Both the position numbers and the translations under genes were made by a program. 64,000 nucleotides of DNA from Felis catus (Eukaryota): assembly GCF_018350175.1 (NCBI RefSeq), contig NC_058369.1, forward strand, positions 14,572,001-14,636,000, read 5' to 3'. Under the pieces are notes generated by a model. That model was not told the origin of the DNA, made no database searches, and saw only the letters and a list, made by a program, of their open reading frames with translations. Below, piece by piece: positions 39,632 to 50,752 of this stretch (position 1 is the first letter of the stretch; each line of letters starts with the position of its first letter).

Positions 39632-39672
<41 letters not shown>
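39622..39672. repeat. (CAGA)n(CA)n microsatellite
   Basis: About 20 CA units preceded by CAGA units. Confidence 0.95.
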
Positions 39673-39675
<3 letters not shown>

Positions 39676-40210
39676 TGTGCTCATATGTTCCCATGTGATG
39701 TCTACATGCAGACCTGTGGCTACAAATACACTTGAGCATTCATAGACTCAGCCCCTGGACTGGCCCTCACAGAGCCCCATTCTAAAGAGCAAGGCTAAGA
39801 CAGGTGCAGATATCCCAGCCTTTGGGGCCAGGGGTTGGGAAAACCGAGAGGGGCACCCAGGGAAGGTTTTCTGGGGAAGCAAGCATTTAATATGGGCTTT
39901 GAAGGGTGAATAGGAGTTTGCCAAACCCAAATCAGATGTCCAGAGGTCTTGAAGACTGGTTTTAGAGTTTGTTTTTTTTTTGCCCGTGAGGATTTTAAGC
40001 AGGGGAATGACACGGCCGGACAGACCCCAACTCACGACCACTTCTTGAGGACCCGGCCTTCGCCCTCAGGGAGCTCTTTAATCAGGTGGGGGAAGGAGAG
40101 CCAGATCCAACCAGGAGGAACAGACGAGACCTCTGGTTTGTGAAGCACCTGCTCTGCATTGGTTTGCATCCTGTTAATAACCCTTCGAGGGTTCCATTAT
40201 TATCCCCATT

Positions 40211-40424
40211 AAAAAAATTTTTTTTTTCAACGTTTATTTATTTTTGGGACAGAGAGAGACAGAGCATGAACGGGGGAGGGGCAGAGAGAGAGGGAGACAC
40301 AGAATCGGAAACAGGCTCCAGGCTCTGAGCCATCAGCCCAGAGCTGGACGCGGGGCTCGAACTCACGGACCGCGAGATCGTGACCTGGCTGAACGCTTAA
40401 CCGACTGCGCCACCCAGGCGCCCC
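40211..40424 (-). mobile_element. Young cat-type Can-SINE inserted in a MIR remnant
   Basis: CpG-rich, near-consensus body. Perfect 13-bp TSD tattatccccatt at 40198-40210 and 40425-40437. Confidence 0.92.
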
Positions 40425-43400
40425 TATTATCCCCATTTTAAAGCTCAGGAAACCAAGGCTGAGAGAGGCGAGTACTTTGCCCAGGGTGCTGTAGGGAGGT
40501 AAGGCGTACGTACATTACCCTGGCCTCCTACTTGAAACTGCCTGCTGACCTGGTCCCAAGCTAACCCGAAAGTCTGAAGGACAGAACGGTGAGGCTCAAA
40601 TAAGTCAGCTTTGCCAAGGGTCATGTGTTTGCACCTGGCCAGGGAGCTTTTACGCATAAGCTTCTTGTCATTTGGCTGCTGAGTGGCTTTAATGGGGGGG
40701 CTTCGAGGCGGAGGGATGTCCAGGCAGAGGCCCGAGGGTGCTCCTCCTCCCTTTTGGGAGGCCTGGGCCCCTGGCCTTGGCCCCCGTCTGCCGTCTGGCC
40801 CGGCTGAACACAAACACTTGGAAATGGCCGACCCAACGGAATCTAGGTTGTGGTCAGGCTGTGGCTGAAGAAGCCACTGGAAAAACACGCAGTCCACGGG
40901 GCCAGGCCCAGCTTACGTTTCACCGAGCAGGAGTGGCCTGCCCAGTGCCCAGAGCCGAGGAATGCTGGTTTTCGAGTTCTTTGGAACCTGTCATCTGAGC
41001 AATCTAGCTGCTGGGTGGTGCTACCTTCTGTCTCGTGTCGTCAGGCTGTGACCTGCCTCCTAGGGTGTCCTTGAAGAATCAGGTCTCTTGGGTTGGCCTC
41101 CTGGTCCAGCTGCTGTTGGAGACCCCTTGTCTGCTTGCATGACCCTGACCATGGGGAGTTCACCCCTTTATGGCTATTATTCCCTGCAGCCAAGAGCCTG
41201 TAATTGGGCAGATTTCTCACAGGAAGCTCTGGCTCCCTTGACCACACAGAGGGGAGGTCAGGCAGCCCGAGCACCCCGCACCTACACCCCTCTGTGCGTC
41301 CAACCCCTCCCGGGCCTCTGGATGACCCCCAGGCCCTTTGGGTTCAGTGTGGCCCAAGGGGACCTGAGTGTCTCTTCCCAGAATGTGTTCTTCACCTTCT
41401 GGCCATGTTTCGGTGCTATTTGCCCATCCACCTGTCCTGAGCCACACGGTGGCCCACACATCCATTAGGCACCTACTGCTAAAGCACTTTACTTACATCT
41501 CTTCTCTGATCCCTCCCAGGGAGGCTGTTTCTGTTATTGCCTCAGTTGACAGATGGGGAAACTGAGGCTCAGCCAGTTAACTTGGTATCCTGGGGTCACA
41601 GGGGCAGATCCTGGACGTGGAAGCCTGTTTCCTACTGGAACCAAGAGAGCAGCCTGGGCAACCTCATCTTTTGGGCTGAGGCATCCCCTGGAGGCCATAG
41701 GGGGAGCAGGTGGGCCTGAGTGTCTCCAGCTTTCCAGAAGCTCCAGTCACTCCCTTACTCACACACCCTCCATGACTCCCATGGTCCCTCTCAGTGGGGC
41801 TGGGGGCTCTGGATGAACCCTTGCGGGGTCACCACAGAGACCCCTGAACACAAAGCCTGGCTTCTTGGGTCAAACCTAGGCCCCGACCCCTGTCAACTTC
41901 ACAGCCTCAGGTTCTCTCAGCTGAAGAACAGTAGGCCCAACAATCGCCTCTGCTTCTTCGGGTCTTAGTGAACACAAGCTGGCATGCAGTAGGTGCTCAC
42001 TAACTGCATTCTCACTCTCAGTAACATGCAGGAGGGGGCAGGGTTTGAGTTGAGGTGTTCTGGGCTCCCCTCCCTAGGCTACTGCCACCCCCCCCCCACC
42101 CCTGAGCTTTGCAGTGATATTGAGTGGGGGATATTAAAACTCCCCAAAGCACCTAAATCAGGGCCTCAATTTCCCCACCAGTGTCTGAGGGCCTCCCGAC
42201 CCCTCCTCCAGGGTTCTGGTGTGGAGGGTCTTGAAACACCTCCTGGAGTCTTAGGGGAACAGAAATCTTTACTAACGATTGGATATGGGCCCTCATCAGG
42301 CACTGGACTTCCTATCTTGAAACTGCACGCGGGGACCTTGAAACTGCCACAGTGCACTTAACTTGCGCCTGGATATACCTCTGCAACCTGGACTCTAGGA
42401 GCCCTCTAAGTCTTCCCGTGGACTGGTCCAGGGGATCTGGAAATTTCAACAAGGGCTTGGTCATGGGGAGCCTCCAAACTCCCGCGGGGGGGGTCTCAAA
42501 CCCCCTATTTCAAGGATCACATCTTTTGCGAAGGGTGGGAGGCTGCGGCCATTCTTGGAGGCAGGAGACTGGGGTGCGGGTGAGGTGGGAGGGAAACCTG
42601 AAAGGGGTTTGGACCTGGGCCCCTCTGAGCCCAGGGCCTGGGGGAGGGGGCGGCATCCGGGACCCAGGGCAGCAGCCACCAGAACCCCAGTCTCTGACCC
42701 TCCCCTGTGTCCCAGACGACCCTGACGGCTTCCCGGGAGGTGGAGAAGGCCCGAGGCCGGGAGCAGCTCTCGCGAGGGGAAAAGCTTCAGGGCGATAAGA
42801 GGCGGGGCCAGGATCCGGGGGCGGGCCCCACACCCCCAATAGAAGATGAACCCAGGGCTGGGGCGGGACCGCACAAGGAGAGGGGCCAGACGAGGGGAGG
42901 GACCAGACTAGGGGTCTTGAATACTCGAGCCGAGCCGAGGTCCCTGAGAGGAGGTGGGTCGATGAGGGGCGGGGTCTAGTTGGACAGAGACCAGTTGCCT
43001 GCCAGATTCCCTAACCCTACCCCGCCCCAGGAGAGATCATGAAATGAAACCAGAAGCTGCGGGAAACTTCGACCCACGACCAACGTGGGGTGAGTGAAGT
43101 CGGAGACCTTCCCCACACACAGACCCCAGCTCTCCTCACCCCTCAGCCCTCCCCAGGACTTCCCCATCAACCAGGCAGTCGTGAGGTTGAGGACAGAGAG
43201 GGGCAGCCTTGTCTCTAGGAACACACAGTCCACTCCCCTCCCCGGGATTTCAGGGCAGTTGCCCCCGCCCCCGCAACTGCGGGAACCGCCCTATCTCTAC
43301 CCCAGAAGAGAATGAGGTGCAAGGCAAGAGACATGACAACGCCCCCAGCATCTTAGCCACCCCTCGCTAGACTGAAGTCCCAGGATGCTGGTGTCAGGGA

Positions 43401-45104
43401 CTCTGAGAGGTCAGGGCCTGGGAAGAGGGGTTTGGGAGGGAGTGGGATGGGAGCAGAAGGAGCTCTGGTAGAGCAGTTAGCTCTAGTCAAAGACGGGAAG
43501 AGAGGCCAGTCAGGCAGGCACTCAGTGCAAAGGCCCTGGGGTGGGAATGCTTTATAGGACGGGTAATGAGGTTGGCGAGGAGGGAGACGAGATCGACTTT
43601 GTTGGGCTTGGAGGAGACACAGGAGGGGGAATTGGATTCCGAGAGGGAAGAGAAGGGAAACCAGGTTAGCTAAGTAAATAGGCCTGGATCTGACTTACGT
43701 TGTAAGATCGCCCTCTGGCGTCCCCGTGGAGAACGGGCAGAGAGACGGGGGTGTCTCCCAGTTTATTCTGGCAGTCACAGCCAGGCCGATCTTGCTCAGA
43801 CGACCGGCCTCCTGTCTTCCTGTCTCAGTGTTCCCTTCGGCAGAAGGGGTACAGGATAGCCCACACCTTCTGAGAGCGCCCCCTACGTGCACATCGTCTC
43901 AGTGCTGTCTCACACGATTCCTACTGAGCTTTACTTTCTATTCCCACTTCAAAAAGACACATTGCAAGGGACAAGTTGAATAATAATGATAGTAATAGTG
44001 ACGAATGAGGTCCCGTTTCTTGCCCTGAGTCAGGCCCTTTACGTGGATCAGCCCTTGGACAGCACAGACACAAGGTGAGGGGGTCTTATGTCCTTGGTAG
44101 AGGCAGGCGTCCAGACCCCCAGCTCTGTGCTCTCTGGCAGGGTCTGCGGGCCACGGCGACCCCTGGTGGTAGGTGGAGGGACCGCTGGACCTCTCACACC
44201 GCGCTCCCCTCCCCCCCCCCCCCGCCCCCCGCCCCCATCTCCTCTCTCTGCTGTGGCCTCCAGTTCCCTCTCCTGATGGGTCCCCTCAGATAAAAACCCT
44301 GATCATGCACCTCCAAGCCCTGTGATCACCCAGGTGGTGGGTGGGCAAATTCAGGCGGGGTTGGGGGGGTACACACCTGACTTGCTGTTGAGTGGGAGTG
44401 GGGTGGACCGAGCCGCAGGGAGACTAGGATGCCATGGAGGGAAGGTAGTTCAGCTCTGGGCCGTCAGGGTTGGGGTGTCTGTCACACAGCTGGATGTATT
44501 AGTTGTGTTCAGGAGAGAGAAATTTGGAAGTCCGGAGAAGCCAGAATATGGCACAGAAACCAAGCAAGAGAGGATGTCATGGAAGACAGAAGACTAGGTT
44601 TCAGGAGCAGGAAGGAAATGAAGCTGCATTAGCATCGAGAAGTGACCGCCAGACAGAGCAGCGTGGGTTCAGTGGAGCGATGAGGCCACCGACTGGTTCA
44701 AGAAAGAACCCGAGACTGGAGCACAGTCAGCTCGGGGGGGTTGGGGGGGGGTAGATTCCCAGCAAAGAGTTGGCCAGGGTCCCCTCCACGTGGGAGGGTA
44801 ACTGGGACAGCTACACCAGGGAAATCTTGAGGGTGAGAGAGGGTGGGATACTCCGGGACAGGTCGTCTGGGCAACAGAGAGGTGTGAGGTAGAGGTGGAA
44901 GGTGTGGGCGTGGAAGACAGCGGTGACCGGGGGTTCCCGAGAGACACAGACAAAGCAGCGACTTGCGGTTCCCAGCCTGATGCAGGAGCCCTCCTACGGC
45001 TTGGCCTCCCGCTCACGCGCGCCCTCTTGTGGCCATGGTGTGAATTCGGACTGTGGTTCTCTGGGCTGCAGGCCTGGAGCTGGGTCTTTAGGAGGGTTTT
45101 TGTT

Positions 45105-45270
45105 TTATATATATATATTATATATATATAATATATAATATATAATATATATATGTCTTATATATATTATATATGTTATATATAATATATAGCATACATA
45201 ATATATAACATACATAATATATAACATATATAACATATATAACATATATAACATATATAATATATATATA
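45105..45270. repeat. Complex (TA)n-rich simple repeat with (TATATAACA)n units
   Basis: Directly visible. Confidence 0.95.
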
Positions 45271-45274
45271 AATC

Positions 45275-45660
45275 CACCTTCTCCAATGAGATATTCAGTC
45301 ATAAAAAGGAATGAAGCCCTAACTCACGCTGCAACACGATGAACCTCAAAAACATGCTGAGTGAAAGAAGCCAGTCACAAAAGCCCACAGAGTGCAATTC
45401 CAAGTATATGAAACGTCCAGAACAGGCAAGTCCGTAGTCACAGAAGGGAGAGAAGGCAGATCAGTGCTTGCCAGGGGCTGGGGGAGGGGATGCGGAGTGA
45501 CTGCTGGTGGGGATGGGGTATCCTTTGGGGTGAAGGAAATGTTCTGGAACTAGATAGAGGTGGTGATTTCACAATCACACTGTGAATGTAATCAATGCCA
45601 CTGAAATTATTCACTTGAAATGACTAAAATGGCATATTTTGCTATATATATTTATCACAA
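45275..45660 (+). mobile_element. L1M 3' UTR fragment
   Basis: ataaaaaggaatgaag...gatgaacctcaaaaacatgctgagtgaaagaagccagtcacaaaag...aaatgttctggaactagatagaggtggtga is a typical old L1 3' end. Confidence 0.85.
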
Positions 45661-45683
45661 TTTTTTAAATGTTTATTTTTATT

Positions 45684-45720
<37 letters not shown>

Positions 45721-45879
45721 AAGCCGGAGAGGAACAGAGAGAGAGGGAGACAGAAAATCTGAAGGAGCCTCTACGCTGTCAGTGCAAAGCCCAACGTGGG
45801 GCTCGAACCCACAAACTGTGAAATCATGACTTAAACCGAAATTGGAGGCTCAACTGACTGAGTCACCCAGGCGTGCCCC
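45661..45879 (-). mobile_element. Can-SINE
   Basis: Reverse SINE with long (GA)n. Confidence 0.88.
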
Positions 45880-45904
45880 TTACACAATTTGTATAAAGGG
45901 GAAA

Positions 45905-46106
45905 GGGGAGCCTGGGTGGCTCAGTCAGTTAAGTGTCCAATTCTTGATTTCAGTTCACGTCACAATCTCATGGTTGGTGAGATCGAGCCCCTGCTTCGGG
46001 CTCTGTGTTGACAGTGCAGAGCCTGCTTGGCATTCTCTCATTCTCTCTCTCTCTCTCTCACCCTCCCCCACTCTGTCTCTCTCACAAAACAAATAAATTT
46101 TAAAAA
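45905..46106 (+). mobile_element. Can-SINE
   Basis: ggggagcctgggtggctcagtc head, CT tract, A tail. Confidence 0.88.
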
Positions 46107-47307
46107 TGGCGGGGGGGGGGGTGGTGGTGAAGGCACCTTTTCCCAGAGGCCAGCCCTGAACGCACTGCCGACTTCTGCTCATGTTTATTCTCCTTTTTCT
46201 CTAGAACATAATTTCACTAGACCAGGGCCTGGGTCTGTCAGTGAGTCTTGGGCTGTAGGGAACCAGGAAGCAGGCTCGTTAGACCTGGGGACAGGCACTT
46301 AGGGCAGGGGGAGGGAGTCAGCTGCCACCTTCGGTTGCAAACAATAAAAAACCCACACTGAGCATTGCAAGGAGCCCGCAGTGCAGGGCGGGTCCCCAGC
46401 TGGCACCTGAACAGACTGGGCCAAGGCCAAAGGGCTGGCAAGGGAACCACGCCTCACCTCAGATGTCCCTCCTGTCCCACAACTGCCTGGACCCACTGAG
46501 ACCCCCCCCCCCCCGGCCAGCTGTAGTTTTGGGGCTGCCCAGCACCCAAATAACTCCTGCTGGCAGGGACGTGGTGAAGTATTGCTGGGAGGGCAAGGGG
46601 GAAACCACTGCTGCACCGGGAGGTCCCTGATGGCTGCCCCTCGGCCGCCCTGAAGGCTTGCAAGGCAGTGAGGGAAGAGGAAGGGCAGCCACGCCAGCGA
46701 CTGTGCAAACGCCTGGCTGGGGCAGGTTCCCAGAGCAGCCCCACAGAGGCCCCGAGCCGAGTGGCATCGTGGGCGCACAGCCACTGACGTGGGCCCCAAC
46801 TACATGTTCAGCGCTGAGGCTGAGGGGCTCCTGCCATGGCGCTTCGTTCGCTGGAGGAAAATCCTGGTCAGACACAGAGGCGATGGCTGCCCCAAGCTGC
46901 ACTGTGTGGAGTACAGCAGCGTGTCCAGGGTGGGGACACGCATGCTGGGATATATCACAGGCCATCTTGGCGGGATACGCTGAGCCCTGCCCGGCAGTGG
47001 TCACCTACGGAGAAGGGGCCCGGCCCAGGCAGGTTGTGATGCTTTCTACGCAGGCCCTCTTGTACCGCCCGCACGACAGAGTCACTTCCCGGCTCTTCAA
47101 TAGCAACAGAGATGGAATGTGGACATGGTGTGGTGACAAACCCGTGGCTGGGCCGAGCTCCTCTTGGCCCCCACGCTCACTGGCGGAGAGGGACGAGGAG
47201 GCAGAGGAGGAGAGGGGTGAGGGGACCAAGAAGGACTCCCAGGAATCAGGGAAGGCCTCGGGCCCTCAGCACTTCATGAGCACAGATGCAGGAAAGCACT
47301 TGGGAAA

Positions 47308-47313
47308 TTTATT
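47308..47313 (-). terminator. Probable PBX4 polyadenylation signal
   Basis: TTTATT on + (AATAAA on -), about 540 nt past the PBX4 stop. Confidence 0.65.
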
Positions 47314-47852
47314 GTCTTTACTGACACGTCAACTGAGAATGGAAGAACTTATATTAACAGAGAAAAATACAAAACCAATTCCCAGTAAAATTCTGAGCTC
47401 ACAACAGACTTAAACAAAAGCATAATGAAAAGATACAGCAGAAGCGAGTGGGGAAGGCGGCGTCCGGGCCAGTCGGCACACGGAGGGACAAACGAGCGGA
47501 CAGACTCACGGCTCGGACACCGCCCAGCTACCGCCGTGGCCGGAAACAAACCTTGTGTGAACAACATCAACGTGAAAAGAAGTCAAAAGTTGTAATGGGA
47601 GGATTGTGACAAGTCCTAGAAGAAACGATGCACAGTCTTATCATAAAATTACTATGAAAAAAAAACCCAAACTGAATCGAGAAAATGAGAGCATCTCAGA
47701 CCATTTCGAATCCCAGCCGGCAAGCAACGGACAGCAGCAACCCAACGGTTCTGGGTTTTCCGAGGTATAATGGGCTGCACGCGCAGTAGAAGGTCAAGTG
47801 CCAGCAAACTGTGGCGGGTCACGCAGTCTGCTGTCCTGCTTGTCCCCCAAAC

Positions 47853-47945
47853 TTAATTAGATGCATCTGAGCTGATGCTCCCGGGGTCTCCGGAGGGGGA
47901 AGCGGTCAACACCGGGGGGGCGGCTCCCAGCCGGCTGCCCCTGGC
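47853..47945 (-). CDS. PBX4: PBX homeobox 4, last coding exon
   Basis: tctctgtcttctcag | ARGSRLGAAPPVLTASPSGDPGSISSDASN-TAA, similar to the human C-terminus as I recall it. Confidence 0.88.
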   Translation of the reverse strand, partial: ARGSRLGAAPPVLTASPSGDPGSISSDASN

Positions 47946-50292
47946 CTGAGAAGACAGAGACTGAGCGTCAGAAGGCCGCCCATGATACCGACGGCCTGTC
48001 CCACCCCACGTCCCCGAGAACCGAGGAGAGGAGCCAGGAGACAGGGGGCAGACCCAGGGGTCCCTCTTGAGTTACAGGTGGCCTCGCCACCTGACCCCTG
48101 ATGTGGACCTGCTTCCTCGGCAGGAAGCGGCCTCCACTGGCCACCTACGGGGCTCTGGTCAGGGACTGATATGGCATCGTGGCACAGCCAAGGCTTCTAC
48201 ACTTTCTGAGGGGGACGCAGACCCTGTCAGGCCCGGAGCTGATGACAGTCCCTGAAACATCACGGCCAGACGCAATGAGCAGGAAGGGGCTTGGAACCCT
48301 GGCTGGACGCTGGTCTGGCTCGGCAGCCAGCAGGGTGACAGCCATGGCTACCAGGCCTGGGGCTTTGTCTGTGGCACAGGGACAGCCTCAGGATGTTTGT
48401 CCACGGGATCCCCCCACCCATCGTAAGGAAAACACCACCGAAAATGGCTCTTCACGGGTGGCCTGCTCCACGGCGAGTCCTGTTTGCAGCGCACGAGAGC
48501 AGGGCCATTCCCTCTCCCGGCTCCCAGGTGTGATGTCACACCCTCCATGTGACCCTGAATTCTAGGTCCCTCCAGAGACCACAAAAGCTCCTCTCCACCT
48601 TCCTCTCTCTAGCATTTTCCTTACAGGCTGAGGCCTCCTGCCTGTACCCTCTTCCTCATCTGACCCCACCAGGCCATGACCCTGCTCCTTGCCCCACCTC
48701 GCCTGGTCTATTTGCTTGGCACATGTCCCCAGGCCAGTGTCAGGTGAGCGATCGACAGACTGTGGGCTTCCTGAGGGCGCTGCCTCATCCTGGGACATGG
48801 GGGTGCTCCGCTATCAGTCTGAGAGCAGCAGGGACGAGGCCTGGCCTTGGGGGACACTCTGCCCTCGGAAGGACACCCATAAGCCTGTGCTCCAGGAAGG
48901 AGGCCATGGGTGGTGGAAGGGAGGGGTCCAACCACAGGACTGAGAGGTGACAGGTGAGTGCCCAGGTGTGGGACTGGGAGCCCAGACGTTCCTCAAGTGC
49001 ACAGGGCAGAGGTGATGGCTTCCAGCTGGGGTGGCCTCAGCCCTTGACCTGCTCTCTTGGAAGAGCATCTGTGTCTGCCCAGCACAAGGGTGTCCACACC
49101 AGACCGAGGACATTCCCACTTGCTGTGTGAGGCCTACAGGGAGGCCACATCAGGACTTAGGCAGCTCCAGATCCCCTGGGGATGGTTCTAGGGGGTAAGG
49201 GCAGACCTCATCTATCAGCTCCCCTCTGGGGAACACTCACTCCCAATTCACTCTCACACTCACACTCACTATACTTGAGTCACTGAGCCCCAAGGAATGC
49301 ACAGAGCAAGATGAGGCTCGGCCACCTGGTGGCGCCAGAGCTCCCTGTTCAGCCCAGGTGCTCATTATGGGCTGTGGGGTTGCCATGGTGACGGGACACG
49401 CACCACCCAGCATCAGGTCCTGCCAAATGGCTCCAGGGGGCATGCACTCCCTGCACCAACACAGGGCTGGCTGGGAATAAATCAGTGGAGGGTCACCTGG
49501 CACAGTAGGGTACACTTGTGTGAAGAAAATGGTGGGCGAAGGCCCTGCCCGATGCCACACATCCTCTTTAGGGTGACCCTGTATGTGGGCCAGGCCCTTG
49601 TGACAGACAGCAGGATGCAGGGGAGGCACCAGGGGCCATGAGACGGATGGGGCCCCCCCAGTCCTGGCTGGTCCAACACACTGCCCAACATCCTGAGAAG
49701 GTTCCAGAGGGCACATCTGAGGTGCCCATGATTCCTGGCTCATTTTCTTTCCAGTCACCAAAACAGATCTTCACTCTGGCCCAGCTGGGCCCTGGGGAGG
49801 GGGTAGCCTGGCTATGTCAAGGCCAAGGCACTGACATGGCAAAGGGTCTGAGCCTAGAGAGCCTTCATGTTCCAATGGTCAGGGCCTTGTCTGCCTGTCC
49901 CCTCTTACCCCCTTGGGGTACAGATGTCCACTGGGAGGGAGGGCTCCATCCCACCAGCCCCAGCCCTTGCCTCGGGCCCACCACCCAGCAGCTACTGCGA
50001 ACTACCGAGTCCTGGGACTGGGAGTGAAGCACACAGGTTTTTACAAAGTGGGCCCCACAGGGCCGTGCCCCTGAGGCAGCTCTGTCCAACTGCAGCCATC
50101 AGGACGATGAACCACGTACCCAGTGGGCCCCTACTCATTGCTGGGACCTCTGAGGGAGGGTCGTGGAGGCCGAGACGTGGCTGACAAGATGACCCACTCC
50201 AAGGACCCACCACCCACCTGGGCTCTGCATATCTGTCCCAATACTGAGTTGGAGACCCCAAGGGCATCCTCGAATTGTGCCCTGAAACTCAC

Positions 50293-50399
50293 CTGAGACC
50301 GTAAGCTGCCTCCCGCAGGGGCGGGGCGGAGAGAGGCCAGTGTCTGCAGGGTGACAAGTGCATCCCCGGCACTGGTCAGCGGGAAGGGACCAGAGGAAC
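50293..50399 (-). CDS. PBX4: PBX4 penultimate coding exon
   Basis: cttccag | SSGPFPLTSAGDALVTLQTLASLRPAPAGGSLRSQ | gtgagt, 107 nt. Confidence 0.9.
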
Positions 50400-50610
50400 C
50401 TGGAAGGGGTGGGAGGTGTTGGGACAGATGTTCCAGCCCCAGAAGTGACAGAGACTCCTCAGGTGGGATCTACCAGCCCCTCAGCCAGGAAGGGGTGGTG
50501 GGCACAGCTCCCAGCATCTGGCTCCCTTGGCCCCCTCGCCCCTTCCCCTGCAGCTCAGTGGGCATGGCCATGCATGAAGGACAGTGCCTGGGCTGGGCGG
50601 CCTCACTCAC

Positions 50611-50752
50611 CGGAGCTGGGTGTCGATGGGCAGCTAGCCTGGCTCCCCAGGCCCCCGACTGCCATTTTAGTCGTATAAATGGTAGCTTCTTCTTGAAACT
50701 TCCCCATGTTCTTTTTATACCGAATTCTTTTGTTGCCAAACCAGTTAGAGAC
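50611..50752 (-). CDS. PBX4: PBX4 exon (homeodomain helix 3)
   Basis: [26 protein letters not shown]...STPSS(G) | gtgagt, 142 nt. Confidence 0.96.

Noticed and set aside
44490..44720. Exon-like, purine-rich + strand segment
   Set aside because: Resembles an antisense L2 remnant (gatgtcatggaagacag...gtttcaggag) rather than an exon.
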